Source of the DNA: Thermodesulfobacteriota bacterium
GTDB taxonomy: Bacteria; Desulfobacterota; Desulfobacteria; Desulfobacterales; C00003060
Reading direction: 5' to 3'
DNA: 64,000 nt
Assembly (NCBI GenBank): GCA_034189385.1
Contig: JAXHVD010000008.1
Span: forward strand, 1 to 64,000
The translations under genes were made by a program, and so were the position numbers. Below are positions 39,966 to 50,302 of the stretch, piece after piece. The stretch's first letter is position 1. Every line of letters starts with the position of its first letter. Below the pieces are notes generated by a model. It searched no databases, had not been told where the DNA came from, and was given only the letters and a program-made list of their open reading frames with translations.

Positions 39966-41372
39966 CTAAAACTTGAATATCATGCGCAGTCCCACCATGT
40001 CCTCATTGGTAAGGGACCCTTTTCCTCCATAGTTGTCGTCCGATCCAGTCCTGATTCCGTCTCGGTTTCCGTGGAGATGGACATAGTTTAGCTGCCAGCG
40101 GACCATCGGGTTCCATGTCCAGCAGAGTCCCAGGGTATATTCATTGACTTTGTCTGCACCTCTTAGGATGCCAGTGTCAAATAGGTTCTCATCGGTCTCC
40201 GTGTAAGTATACCGAGCCAGAACTTCCCATGCCCCTGTTCCTTTGAGGTGAACGGGATCAAAATTCTCCTTAGGCTTTGGCTGTTTCCACCCGAAGTTAC
40301 TCACCCTTTTCTGCTCGCCAGTGAGGAAATAGCTAATCCATGTGCCCCAAGAGGTCACATCACCATCTTCATCGGCGCCGGCTGCTGTCTCTATATCATC
40401 CCACCGTGTCACAAGGTACTCTGAACTTAGGCTGAACGGCCCAGCGATGTAATGGATCTCAGCCCCCCAGCGATCTCTGCTTCCGATTTCAGCATTACTA
40501 TCCAGCCACGTCCAGTATTTGTCATCTCTTACAGCAGCCCCATATCCTTTGTTTTCAAATCTCTTGGTCGAAACTGATTGTCTGCCAGTCGTTGCCTCTA
40601 AACATAGATTGAGCCCCTGGAGGAGGGAGTCTTCCCGATGCTTGAAGGGGGTGTAAAACAACCGAGCAACGTAGTCCTTATGATCGTCACTATCTCCTTT
40701 GTGGTAATCAAGCTCCATTCCTGCCCCCGTAAATCCGCCTAAATTCCAGGTGAGGGTCTTATCAAGGACATCTCCCCAAAGCCACCAACCCCGGTCAAAA
40801 TAGGTGTACATGGGTGTACCTGACATCCGTTCAAGGAAGTGAACATTATTGTCTGTGGTCCACCATGCAGTGCTAAAGGGCGGCTTCATCTGACCTGCAC
40901 GGAGGTGGAGCCAGTCTCGGAATTTGTAGTCAGCCCAGAAATTGCGGGCGTAAGGAGAATCAGCGAATTCTGCCTGACATCGGAAATAAATGTACTTATA
41001 CCACATGCCCTGAAAATCGAAACGGGCACGACGAACGTCGAACTGCGTCGGATTGTGACTGTTTCCACCATAAAACTTTGTGTCAAGATGTAGGTTCCCT
41101 CGAATCTTCATCCAGAAATTCTCGTCTGGCGTAGAAAGAAAAAAATCGTTTTTCCAAAAGGCAACAGCCGGGATGGCCTTCCTTTTCTGGATGATTTCAC
41201 TGGCCGCTTCGGTTTCGCTAGAGGTTTGCTTGACCTGCTCAAGCTCATCCTCAAGGGTCTTAATCCTCCTTTCAAGGGCCTCTAGTTTTTCGTCACTGGT
41301 TTCTCCCATGGCCGGCAGATAGGAGGTGCAGACCACTACGAGGGAAAAAAAGAGCACGATCCATTTTCTCAT
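39966..41372 (-). CDS. OprO/OprP-family (phosphate-selective-type) porin
   Basis: Signal peptide and coiled coil; F.VRRAR, GQMK.PFS, FLER, GAWEV.ARY; terminal Phe. Confidence 0.88.
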   Translation of the reverse strand: MRKWIVLFFSLVVVCTSYLPAMGETSDEKLEALERRIKTLEDELEQVKQTSSETEAASEIIQKRKAIPAVAFWKNDFFLSTPDENFWMKIRGNLHLDTKFYGGNSHNPTQFDVRRARFDFQGMWYKYIYFRCQAEFADSPYARNFWADYKFRDWLHLRAGQMKPPFSTAWWTTDNNVHFLERMSGTPMYTYFDRGWWLWGDVLDKTLTWNLGGFTGAGMELDYHKGDSDDHKDYVARLFYTPFKHREDSLLQGLNLCLEATTGRQSVSTKRFENKGYGAAVRDDKYWTWLDSNAEIGSRDRWGAEIHYIAGPFSLSSEYLVTRWDDIETAAGADEDGDVTSWGTWISYFLTGEQKRVSNFGWKQPKPKENFDPVHLKGTGAWEVLARYTYTETDENLFDTGILRGADKVNEYTLGLCWTWNPMVRWQLNYVHLHGNRDGIRTGSDDNYGGKGSLTNEDMVGLRMIFKF

Positions 41373-41816
41373 TTCTTGCCTCCCTTTTCGAGCTAGTGTT
41401 AAGTAAAGCATCCTGTTTGGTATACTTCTTTAAAAAATGAGATTTTAAAAAGCCCTTTTGCTCTCTCCGTGGGCCTTTGCGCGTGCGGGCCTGAAAAGAG
41501 ACGGGCGCACTTAGCGTATTCGGCTAAAACACTGCACAACGTGGCTCTGTTCACGCCGTGAGGCGCTACCTACATAGCTGAAAATGAATGCTGGAGTATT
41601 GGAGAAGGGTCGTGAACTCCTGGGGGGCTTTTCCATGCTTCACTTCCGTCACCCCAATACTCCAGCAGAAAACCGAACCAGAGACCGTCTCTGGGCACTT
41701 TTCGAAAAGCCAGACGCTGCTCCATTTTTAGGGTGTGGGTTTTCTAGATGACCCTCTAACGGTGCGATCGTCCCTGGGTTCCGATTCCATATGGGCGAGT
41801 TGAGAAAGAAGAAACG

Positions 41817-41951
41817 GCAATGACTATGCCAAGTGGAAGGCCCTTTGAAAAAAACATAACCGACTGATAGTTATCGAGAATTGATTCTGAAGATGAGGCA
41901 CTGGCAAGACCTGGGAGGCCACAGCTGTCAGCATTTTTTACAGAGTGTAAA
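41817..41951 (-). promoter_or_regulatory. sigma54 promoter plus enhancer (porin)
   Basis: TGGCATAGTCATTGC 41817-41831; TGTCAGCATTTTTTACAGAGTGTAAA 41926-41951. Confidence 0.8.
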
Positions 41952-41966
41952 GGACGCAGGGGATTC

Positions 41967-42896
41967 TCATGGGATGATCCACAGGGCCTGGTCGGTAGTC
42001 TTTTGGACCAACCGCATAGCAATCCGCCCCGTGAAAAAGGCATCCCTTTCGCCGCGTCGGCCTACGACAACGGTGCTGTAGTCTCCGGTTTTGGCTTCTT
42101 CAATAATGGTGGTGGAGATGTCGTAACTCCTGAGTCTGGTCTTTGTCTCTATTTGGTCTTTTTTCAACCCCACGGCCTCGAACCTTTGATAGGCCTTTTC
42201 GTAAAAACGCTCCATCCGCCTCTTGTCCTGGCGTTCAAGGATTTTCTGCAGTGCAGGGTTCTTTTTTTGAAAATCAATGCTATAGTAATGGCTCAGACAA
42301 GGTTGGACGTGAAACAATGTAACCTTCAGGTCTGGATGGGTGCCTACCATGTCGATAAGGTGATCAACATCTCGCAGAGAGTTTTTAGAGCCATCAACGG
42401 CAAGCATGATCTTCATGGAAATGGTTTCTCCAGAGATGACCCACACGGGCGTTCTCAGCGCATGTTCGACTACCTTGGCAGCAGTGGTGCCAATGAAGAA
42501 ATCTCGACTCGGCGTGAGGCCCCTCCGTGCCAAGACAATAGCATCATAGCGCCCTTGTTCAGCCTTTTTGATGATGTCTATAGCCAGCCCGACTTGCATA
42601 GGTCGGGCGATGACTTCGATTCTGTGTTCAGGTATCCCCTCACGCAGCATGATGTCTTTCAGTGCCCCAGCAGTGCACGCCCCGATTTCGGCGTTCTCTT
42701 TCACCATGGCATTGATGTGGGCCTTCATATCAGGCTCTGTCTCTGCCGCGTCAGAAAATATTGCTGGCACTAGTGCCTGCAAATGAAAAAGGGTATAGGT
42801 TGTCTCCTTTTGAGCAGCACAAACCTTGGCAGCGTACCGGACGGCCTGCTTTGAATAGGTGCAGTCCCCCACGGCGACTAGGATCTTTCTCCCCAT
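41967..42896 (-). CDS. Tandem-domain universal stress protein
   Basis: Two USP domains (KILVAV, KIMLAVDGS, VVVGRRG). Confidence 0.9.
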   Translation of the reverse strand: MGRKILVAVGDCTYSKQAVRYAAKVCAAQKETTYTLFHLQALVPAIFSDAAETEPDMKAHINAMVKENAEIGACTAGALKDIMLREGIPEHRIEVIARPMQVGLAIDIIKKAEQGRYDAIVLARRGLTPSRDFFIGTTAAKVVEHALRTPVWVISGETISMKIMLAVDGSKNSLRDVDHLIDMVGTHPDLKVTLFHVQPCLSHYYSIDFQKKNPALQKILERQDKRRMERFYEKAYQRFEAVGLKKDQIETKTRLRSYDISTTIIEEAKTGDYSTVVVGRRGERDAFFTGRIAMRLVQKTTDQALWIIP

Positions 42897-43075
42897 GAAA
42901 CCCCTCCCTTGCTGAAAGCCCATGACCCATTCATTGCCACATCCACCTCTTTACAAGGATACACTGTGCTGCTGTTCCTCGTCTGGATCCCCTGGCCCCC
43001 CGATCAGGGTCCATGGCAGGCGATGGGGGCAATGGGCTTTAGCCTTTTTTTCTTACCACTGCAATAGTCACATGT

Positions 43076-44350
43076 TCAGGCTTTGGTGGCTTCCAAGGCC
43101 TTTGAAATAGAGATGTAAAAGGTTGTCCCTCTTTTCGCGCCCGATTCAAGCCAGACCTTTCCTTTGTGGGCTTCGGCGATTTCCTTGACAATGGCTAACC
43201 CCAGCCCCGAGCCCTCTGTCTGCTCCGATGCCGGGAGTCTTTTAAACATCTTAAAGACAGCCTCCGCATCCTTCTTTTTAATAGCCGCACCGTTGTTGGT
43301 GAGCGAGAATATGTGATAAGACTGGTCTTGGTCATAGCCTATAGTGATCTTGGCAAGCTTGTCTCCAGCATGTTTTAAGGCGTTGTCAATCAGGTTTCTG
43401 AAGACCCGGGTGATGGCCATCTGGTCCGCCATGATCTCCGGAATGGTTTGAGGCTCTGACCACGCGATATTTCGCTCTTTTAAGACAGGTGCCACGTCAC
43501 TTCTGATATGGGCGAGAATCCTTTTGATGTTGGTCCGTCTTATTTCAAAGGGGAACCTGTTAGACCTTATGTATTCATTAATGTCCCTGGTGAATGTCTC
43601 AATCCGTTGGGCCGCCTGCCTGATCTGCTCGCAGTACTTCTTTCCATTTTCATCTAGGCGATCTTCATATTTGTTTGCCAGCAGTCTGGCAAATCCAGAG
43701 ATGCCTACTGCCGGGTTCTTCAAATCGTGGGCAATGGTGTAGGCAAAGAACTCCAGCGCCTCCTTTTTTTCTCGGATCTCTTCTGCCTTCTTCCACAAGT
43801 CGTGGTGCAGCTTGGCCACGTTGGTGGCAATGGCAATCTGGCTTCCTATGGCTACGAGCAAATCGATCTTTCTTTGGTTGAGGGAAACCAGGTGTTTTGC
43901 GGCCAGATTCATCACCCCCACGACCTTGTCTTTTACGATGAGGGGCACGCAGATGATCACCTTAAACCCCTTGCCGGCTAGGAATGCCGACCTCTCCCCG
44001 TTTTCCAGGTCCGACACCTTTTGGGCGACAAAGCTTTTGGTCCTGGCGGCTTTGCCGGAAAACCCTTTGCCTATTGGCATGTGGCGTAGTCCCTCCACCT
44101 GTTTTTTGGAGATTCCTTTATAGGCAACGAGTTCTAAGTTCTCGCCTGTGTCGTCCATGAGGTAGATCCTGACGGCATCTACGTGAAAATGCTCCCGGAC
44201 CTTCATGATGGCCCGGTCCAAGATTTCCGTAAGGCTAAGCGAGCTTGTCAGGTCACTGGCAATGTCGTGGACGACAGCAAGCTCCTTGTGCCTTGCTTTG
44301 AGCTTGCTTTGGCTAAATCGAACGGATATGTATTTCTTGTCAACTAACAT
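43076..44350 (-). CDS. GAF-domain sensor histidine kinase
   Basis: GAF; IAHDLKNP, NLIDNALKH and GSGLGLAIV. Confidence 0.92.
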   Translation of the reverse strand: MLVDKKYISVRFSQSKLKARHKELAVVHDIASDLTSSLSLTEILDRAIMKVREHFHVDAVRIYLMDDTGENLELVAYKGISKKQVEGLRHMPIGKGFSGKAARTKSFVAQKVSDLENGERSAFLAGKGFKVIICVPLIVKDKVVGVMNLAAKHLVSLNQRKIDLLVAIGSQIAIATNVAKLHHDLWKKAEEIREKKEALEFFAYTIAHDLKNPAVGISGFARLLANKYEDRLDENGKKYCEQIRQAAQRIETFTRDINEYIRSNRFPFEIRRTNIKRILAHIRSDVAPVLKERNIAWSEPQTIPEIMADQMAITRVFRNLIDNALKHAGDKLAKITIGYDQDQSYHIFSLTNNGAAIKKKDAEAVFKMFKRLPASEQTEGSGLGLAIVKEIAEAHKGKVWLESGAKRGTTFYISISKALEATKA

Positions 44351-44465
44351 CCTCTTTGTCCCGCAGAAGGCCTATGAAGGATCCCTCTGTTCCACATGAA
44401 GCTCGCGATAAAGCGTTTTGTCACATGTTGGCCAGATATTGAGCGGTTCGGCGAGAAAGGGCCTA

Positions 44466-45164
44466 CTATCTCGGAATCCTGATGCGTCGCCTCTCAACCT
44501 CTTCAAGCAAGTCCCTGACAGTGTATAGGACCACGTACCCCTTTTCCAAGGCTTCTACCAGGGCCTTGGCCTTGTCATCAGCCAAGATCCCGATACGTAT
44601 GTATACGTTTCGGCGACCCTGTTCAGCCAGTTCCCGGGTGGAGAGAATACTATCGATACGCCCACCATAGGAACGGATCAGATTACTGGCCTCCTGGATG
44701 GAGCCTGGGCGGTCTTCCAGGCTCAGGGCAATCTGAATGCCAGCGGTGTAGACGCCCATAATGTTGATCAGCACCTTGAAGATGTCCGTTTGGGTGATGA
44801 TGCCGATGAGGGCGCCTTGATCATTCATGACGGGAAGCGATGAGATTCTATTCTCCAGCATAAGGATGGCAGCGAATTCCACTGTCTCATTGGGCCTGAC
44901 ACAGATCGGGTCCTTGGTCATGATGCTCTTGACGCTCACCGTTGAAATGAGATAGTTGAGTTCATACATATCCAAGGAAGTTGCCTTTGATGGAGAGGCG
45001 TCCCTCAAATCCCTATCAGAGACGATCCCTGCGAGCTTGCCCTTCTTGTTTAAGACGGGCAGCGACCGGATGTTTCTTTCCTTCATGATGATGGAGGCCT
45101 TCATCATGGGGGTATCCTCGTTCACTGTGATGACATCGTTGGTCATCCAGCCTTTGACTAACAT
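44466..45164 (-). CDS. CBS-pair plus ACT domain protein (AcuB-like)
   Basis: Two CBS repeats, ASPSKATSLD.YEL and EDRPG. Confidence 0.88.
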   Translation of the reverse strand: MLVKGWMTNDVITVNEDTPMMKASIIMKERNIRSLPVLNKKGKLAGIVSDRDLRDASPSKATSLDMYELNYLISTVSVKSIMTKDPICVRPNETVEFAAILMLENRISSLPVMNDQGALIGIITQTDIFKVLINIMGVYTAGIQIALSLEDRPGSIQEASNLIRSYGGRIDSILSTRELAEQGRRNVYIRIGILADDKAKALVEALEKGYVVLYTVRDLLEEVERRRIRIPR

Positions 45165-45182
45165 AGAGTCCCCCTTTTTCTT

Positions 45183-45653
45183 TTAGGTGTGGACATACTT
45201 CACCTGGGTCCTAAAGGGATTGACGGTCATTACCGGCACTGAGGCCCTTCTGACGACCAGGTCTGCAACGCTGCCCATCAGTGTCCGTTCCAGGCCCTTC
45301 CTGCCGTGTGTGCCCATGATGATGAGGTCAATATCCTCATCCTGGGCGTATTTCAAAATGTCTTCTCCGGGGTTCCCGATGAGGACCTTGGCCTCGTAAT
45401 CGGAAAAATCGCTCAGTTGTTTCTTGCAAAAAGCCTCCATCTCCTCCTCGGCTCCGCGGGCGATTTCAGCCACCGTATTCATGAGCGTATCCTTTGGAAC
45501 ACTCACTGTGGTGAGATAAGAGATGTCCCGTGCCACGAAGAGCAGATGAAGGCGCGCATTGAATTTCTTGGCCATGTCAAGGGCCTGTGGAAAAACCTTT
45601 TCAGAACACTCTGAAAAGTCTATGGGAAAGAGTATGTTCTTAAATGTCTGCAT
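45183..45653 (-). CDS. Universal stress protein
   Basis: ILFPIDFS and DLIIMGTHGRKGL...GSVA. Confidence 0.92.
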   Translation of the reverse strand: MQTFKNILFPIDFSECSEKVFPQALDMAKKFNARLHLLFVARDISYLTTVSVPKDTLMNTVAEIARGAEEEMEAFCKKQLSDFSDYEAKVLIGNPGEDILKYAQDEDIDLIIMGTHGRKGLERTLMGSVADLVVRRASVPVMTVNPFRTQVKYVHT

Positions 45654-45806
45654 GGCACCCTCCTTTTTTTCTTTTGATTTACTCGTAAACGATCTCGTCA
45701 ATGATATGCTCTTAGCCGGTGCCCCGCCATTTCACCATGACCTCGTCTCCAGAGACAAGATCTGTCAAAGCTGCGGACCATCTGTGCCTACTCTTGGTGC
45801 AAGGGG

Positions 45807-46259
45807 CTATTTCGCACTCCTCGAATGAATGGTCATAACGGGAACACTCGACTTTTTTACGACATTTTCTGCCACACTTCCCATGAGCATGTGCTCCAAT
45901 CCTCTTTTGCCGTGGGTTCCCATAATGACGAGATCAATATCTTCCGATTCAATGGTTTTTAAAATTTCCGTGATCGGATCCCCGGACACCAGTTTTCTTT
46001 CAAGGTCAGAGTACCCCTTCAACTGTTCCTCGCAAATCTTATCCATGGCCTTCTCCGCCGCTTTTAAGGCCTCCCCTTGAAAGGCGTCCATAGAAGTGTG
46101 GGGAATGTAAGCCTTGCCCCATTTTCCTAGATCGTCAACTACATGAAGCAGGTATATTTCACTGTCGTAAGCTTCAGCTACCGAAAGCACATAAGGGGCG
46201 AGCTCTGCTCCACTTTCTGACAAATCGCACGGAAAGAGTATCTTCTTTATTTCTGTCAT
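45807..46259 (-). CDS. Universal stress protein
   Basis: KILFP.DLS and DLVIMGTHGKRGL...GSVAE. Confidence 0.92.
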   Translation of the reverse strand: MTEIKKILFPCDLSESGAELAPYVLSVAEAYDSEIYLLHVVDDLGKWGKAYIPHTSMDAFQGEALKAAEKAMDKICEEQLKGYSDLERKLVSGDPITEILKTIESEDIDLVIMGTHGKRGLEHMLMGSVAENVVKKSSVPVMTIHSRSAK

Positions 46260-46422
46260 TGCATCCACCTCCCGCGTTGCCTGCATGTCGCATCTTCGGC
46301 ATACAGTTTATGATTAAAACCGAGCCCTCGTTGCCTTTGGACTCCATCGCAATAGAGACTGAAACCCTCTTCTTTGACCTCTGCGGCCATGGCCGACCCC
46401 TCTCACCTCCTTCCCACCATAC

Positions 46423-46860
46423 TTATCCCCTGCCAGGGCTCTGTTCCGCCCCCTGTTGTGACGCTGAGGGGCCGGAGGGAGCCCGGCGGGGATACCATTT
46501 CTCTAACACCTCTGCCACCGTCGCCTTGAAGCCTTGAATGTTGTTGCCGCGCTTTTCCCAGAAACAGGCTGCCCTCTGCACTGCCGGGTGCTTCCGCCAC
46601 TCCACATGGAATGTATGGACGATGACTGGAAGAGGCCTATCCCTGGTCTCCAGCTCTTCTAGTATGGTCAGCCCGTTGACATAGGGAAGATCTAGGTCGA
46701 GGATCAGGAGATCTGGAAGATGATCATCGCCGGTCATCTTCATGACCTCTCGGCCGTCCTTTGCCACTTGGACCAGATAACCGGCCAACATCAACTCGCG
46801 GCGAAGAAACTCTCGGACGTGTCGGTTCCGGTCGGCTATTAAGATGCAGAATCGTTTCAT
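46423..46860 (-). CDS. Single-domain response regulator
   Basis: ILIAD, PDLLILDLDLP..NG and PVIVHT. Confidence 0.8.
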   Translation of the reverse strand: MKRFCILIADRNRHVREFLRRELMLAGYLVQVAKDGREVMKMTGDDHLPDLLILDLDLPYVNGLTILEELETRDRPLPVIVHTFHVEWRKHPAVQRAACFWEKRGNNIQGFKATVAEVLEKWYPRRAPSGPSASQQGAEQSPGRG

Positions 46861-46896
46861 GGCTGTAAAAGACTCCTCATGTGAGAAGGTACAAAA

Positions 46897-47032
46897 GCAA
46901 CGGCTATGCCAAGATCGACACCCCGCAGTTAGCCCCATAACCCATTGGAAATAAATAGAATTACTACAAAACCGGTGGGCTCCTCCCAGAGCCATGTGGA
47001 AATCTGTGTCAGCATTCTTTACAGAGTGTAAA
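46897..47032 (-). promoter_or_regulatory. sigma54 promoter plus enhancer (RR-USP-USP-CBS-HK-USP unit)
   Basis: TGGCATAGCCGTTGC 46897-46911; TGTCAGCATTCTTTACAGAGTGTAAA 47007-47032. Confidence 0.82.
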
Positions 47033-47174
47033 GGGCCCCTTGAACTCAACTCAAGGGGTGAGGCAACCCAGGGCTCCCTGCTGATGCTGAAGGGGGAAAG
47101 GCCGGCTTAAAAGCTGTTTTTCGGGACGGGCTCAGGTGACCTGTGGCGCTGTGGGGCCGCTGGCATCTCCCCTC

Positions 47175-49886
47175 TCAGGGCGTCTGCTTTTGCCAGCGTA
47201 ACCATTTACACCCCTCGGCCAGGAGAAAGATGGGGAGAGCGACCAAAACAATCAAGCCCCAGTCTCCCCAAGCCAGTGGCACCGTGTGGAGGGCCTTTTG
47301 GAAAAAGGGGACATAGACTGCACATACCTGCAGGCCTATGGTAACGGTCCAGGCGAGCAATACCCAGGGATTGGAGAAAAAGCCGATCACTGAGAGCGGC
47401 ACACGGAGGGCGCGGTAGTTGAATACATTCATCTTCTCCAACACGATGATGCCGGTAAAGGCTGCTGTTTGGGCCAACAGCACCCCGTTTGCCCGGCTGC
47501 AGGCAAGATAATGGTGAAACAACCACAGGGCGGCGCCGCCGATGTATCCGCCCAAGAGCAGTACCATGACGATGCCCCCTCGATCCAGAATCGGTTCTTG
47601 GACTGCCCGCGGTGGGCGCTCCATGATCCCTTTCTCAACACGTTCAAGGCCCAGGGCCACGGCCGTCATGCCGTCGGTGACCAGGTTCATCCACAGAATC
47701 TGCACCGGAAGCAGAATGAGTGGTCCGCCCAAGAGGATGTTGACAAAGATGGCCACCACCTCGCCCATGTTGGACGATAGGAGGTAGCGCACGAATTTCT
47801 GGATGTTGTCGTACTGGCGGCGTCCCTCCTCGACGGCACCGATGATCGAGGCAAAGTTGTCATCCGTAAGGATCATGTCTGATGCCCCTTTGGCCACATC
47901 GGTCCCACGTAGGCCCATGGCGATGCCGATGTCGGCCTTTTTCAGGGCTGGGGCGTCATTGACGCCGTCACCAGTCATGGCCACCACCTGGCCCATTTCC
48001 TTGAGGACACGCACGATGCGCAGTTTGTCCTCTGGCGTCGTGCGTGCAAAGAGCACGGCTTCTTTTAGGAGATGGCGTAGACCGGTGTCGTCCATATGTT
48101 GCAGTTCCCTGCCGCTTATAGCTCTTGTCGCGTGCAGGCCGATGGACCGGGCGATAGACCGGGCCGTGGCCGCGGCGTCGCCCGTAATCATGACAACACT
48201 TATGCCTGCGCTGCGGGCCAGTCGAATGGCCGCGGGGACCTCCACATGGGGCGGGTCGATGATGCCCACAATGCCCAGCAATGTGAGGTCTCGTTCTATG
48301 TGTTCTTCATCCAGGGCAATTCCTTCAGGCAGGCTGCGACGAGCCAGTGCCAGGGTGCGCAAGCCCTGCTCGGCCAGGGCCTCATAGGCGGCTATGGCGG
48401 CCCGTCGGTCCCCATCGGTCATCTCCCGTTCCCCAACCTTTTCAGAAATGCGCGAGCAGCGCTCCAGGATCACCTCTGGAGCGCCCTTGACATGAGCAAT
48501 GAGGGCCTCGGGGAGGTGTTCTATGATTGTCATGCGTTTGCGGCAGGCATTGAAAGAGAATTCGCTCACCGTGTGGGCCCCTTCCTCCGGGTGTAGCAAG
48601 GCCTTATAAGAAGCCACTACCAGGGCTGCCTCCGTTGGCTCACCGATTTCGTGCCAGCCCCCTTCATCCTTGACAATGCGCGCGTGATTGCAACGCAGCC
48701 CTGTTTGGAGCAGCGCCATGAGATCCGGCCTCTGACGACAGTCGATTTTCTGTCCCTTTTCCTCAAAATGGCCTTTTGGGTCGTAGCCGATGCCGTTGAC
48801 TGCCAGCTCTCCAGAGGGAAGCCAGATGCGCGTCACGGTCATCTCGTTTTGGGTCAGGGTGCCGGTCTTGTCCGTACAGATGACCGTAGCCGCCCCCAGC
48901 GTTTCTGCTGCCTGCAGACGCCGCAGTAAGGCACGCCGTCGCACCATGGCTCGCACGCCCAGGGCCAGCGTGATCGTCACCACTGCCGGCAGCCCCTCGG
49001 GCACCACGGCCACAGCCAACGAGACACCGGTCATGAACATTTCCACCAAGGGTTTGCCGAGGAGCCAGCCGCTGACCGCCACCACTACGGAAATGGCGAC
49101 TGAGAATATGCCCAACTGCTTTCCCAGCACAGCGAGCTTGCGTTGCAGGGGGGTGACTTCCCGTCCTACAGTCTGGGTCAACCGCGCAATGCGCCCGAAT
49201 TCAGTGGCCATACCCGTTGCTGTTACCACACCGCGGGCCCGGCCGTTGGTGACCGCCGTGCCCATCCAGACCAGGGACGAGCGCTCGGCAAGGGGAGAGT
49301 CTTTGCTCACTGGATGAACGCCCTTGCTGACCGATTCTGATTCGCCAGTCAGTGACGATTCATCCAGGCTGAGATCGAGGGCTTCGACCAGCCGAAGGTC
49401 GCCAGGAACACGGTCACCGATTTCTAAGACGACGATATCGCCAGGGACCAGTTCTTTGGCATCCACGGTTTGCTCGTGGCCATTACGCACGACCTTGCAG
49501 TGGGGAGACAGCATCCGCTGAAGGGCTTCGATGGCCCGCTCTGCCTTCCATTCCTGGACAAAGCCCAAAACGCCGTTCAGCAACACGATGACCATGATGG
49601 TGACGGCGTCGGCCATCTCGCCTACGGCCACAGAGAGGAGAGCTGCTGCCAGCAGAATAAAGATCAGCACATCCCAGAACTGACGGGCCAATACCGCATG
49701 CCAGGACGCCTTGCCCCTTGTTTCCAGGGTGTTGGGGCCATACTGCTCCAGGCGGTGTGCAGCCTCGTCGGTGCTCAAGCCATGGCGAAAATCGGCATGC
49801 AGCCGGCAGAGGACCGCTTCGGCATCCAGGCTATGCCAGGCTGGCGTCTCGATCTTCTCTGTGGGCGACCCTTCCTGTGTTTTCAC
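47175..49886 (-). CDS. Type IIA-like P-type cation-transporting ATPase
   Basis: TGES, PEGL, DKTGTLT, KGAPE and TGDGVND; GTG start overlaps the upstream stop. Confidence 0.95.
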   Translation of the reverse strand: MKTQEGSPTEKIETPAWHSLDAEAVLCRLHADFRHGLSTDEAAHRLEQYGPNTLETRGKASWHAVLARQFWDVLIFILLAAALLSVAVGEMADAVTIMVIVLLNGVLGFVQEWKAERAIEALQRMLSPHCKVVRNGHEQTVDAKELVPGDIVVLEIGDRVPGDLRLVEALDLSLDESSLTGESESVSKGVHPVSKDSPLAERSSLVWMGTAVTNGRARGVVTATGMATEFGRIARLTQTVGREVTPLQRKLAVLGKQLGIFSVAISVVVAVSGWLLGKPLVEMFMTGVSLAVAVVPEGLPAVVTITLALGVRAMVRRRALLRRLQAAETLGAATVICTDKTGTLTQNEMTVTRIWLPSGELAVNGIGYDPKGHFEEKGQKIDCRQRPDLMALLQTGLRCNHARIVKDEGGWHEIGEPTEAALVVASYKALLHPEEGAHTVSEFSFNACRKRMTIIEHLPEALIAHVKGAPEVILERCSRISEKVGEREMTDGDRRAAIAAYEALAEQGLRTLALARRSLPEGIALDEEHIERDLTLLGIVGIIDPPHVEVPAAIRLARSAGISVVMITGDAAATARSIARSIGLHATRAISGRELQHMDDTGLRHLLKEAVLFARTTPEDKLRIVRVLKEMGQVVAMTGDGVNDAPALKKADIGIAMGLRGTDVAKGASDMILTDDNFASIIGAVEEGRRQYDNIQKFVRYLLSSNMGEVVAIFVNILLGGPLILLPVQILWMNLVTDGMTAVALGLERVEKGIMERPPRAVQEPILDRGGIVMVLLLGGYIGGAALWLFHHYLACSRANGVLLAQTAAFTGIIVLEKMNVFNYRALRVPLSVIGFFSNPWVLLAWTVTIGLQVCAVYVPFFQKALHTVPLAWGDWGLIVLVALPIFLLAEGCKWLRWQKQTP

Positions 49887-50302
49887 GAGGACTCTTCCGA
49901 AAAGTCTAGCGGTACGACCAACACCGGGCAGCACGCCAGTGAAATGACGGTACTGGTGGTACTGCCGACTTGCATACGCTCCACCATCGAGCGCTTTCTT
50001 CGGCCCAAGACAATAGGGTCCACCGGATATTCTTTTACATAGGCGGCAATCGTCTCCTCGGGCAAGCCAGCACGTATTGCTACCGCCTCAACGGCAACCT
50101 GCTCAAGAAAAGCGGTTACCAGCCCCTTTAGGCGGACTCGGGCCTCTTCGATTGCCGACGTGCTTGCCCCTTTTGGGCAAACATGGAGCACATGCACAGC
50201 TTGTTTGTAGCAGGCCGCGCGGACGGCTACATAACGGGCCAGGGCCTCGGAACCTTCGTCAAGGTCCAGGCACAACAGCATGGGTTGTGTTTTAGCTGAC
50301 AT
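49883..50302 (-). CDS. Universal stress protein
   Basis: IVLGRR...VGST...CPVLVVP. Confidence 0.82.
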   Translation of the reverse strand: MSAKTQPMLLCLDLDEGSEALARYVAVRAACYKQAVHVLHVCPKGASTSAIEEARVRLKGLVTAFLEQVAVEAVAIRAGLPEETIAAYVKEYPVDPIVLGRRKRSMVERMQVGSTTSTVISLACCPVLVVPLDFSEESS

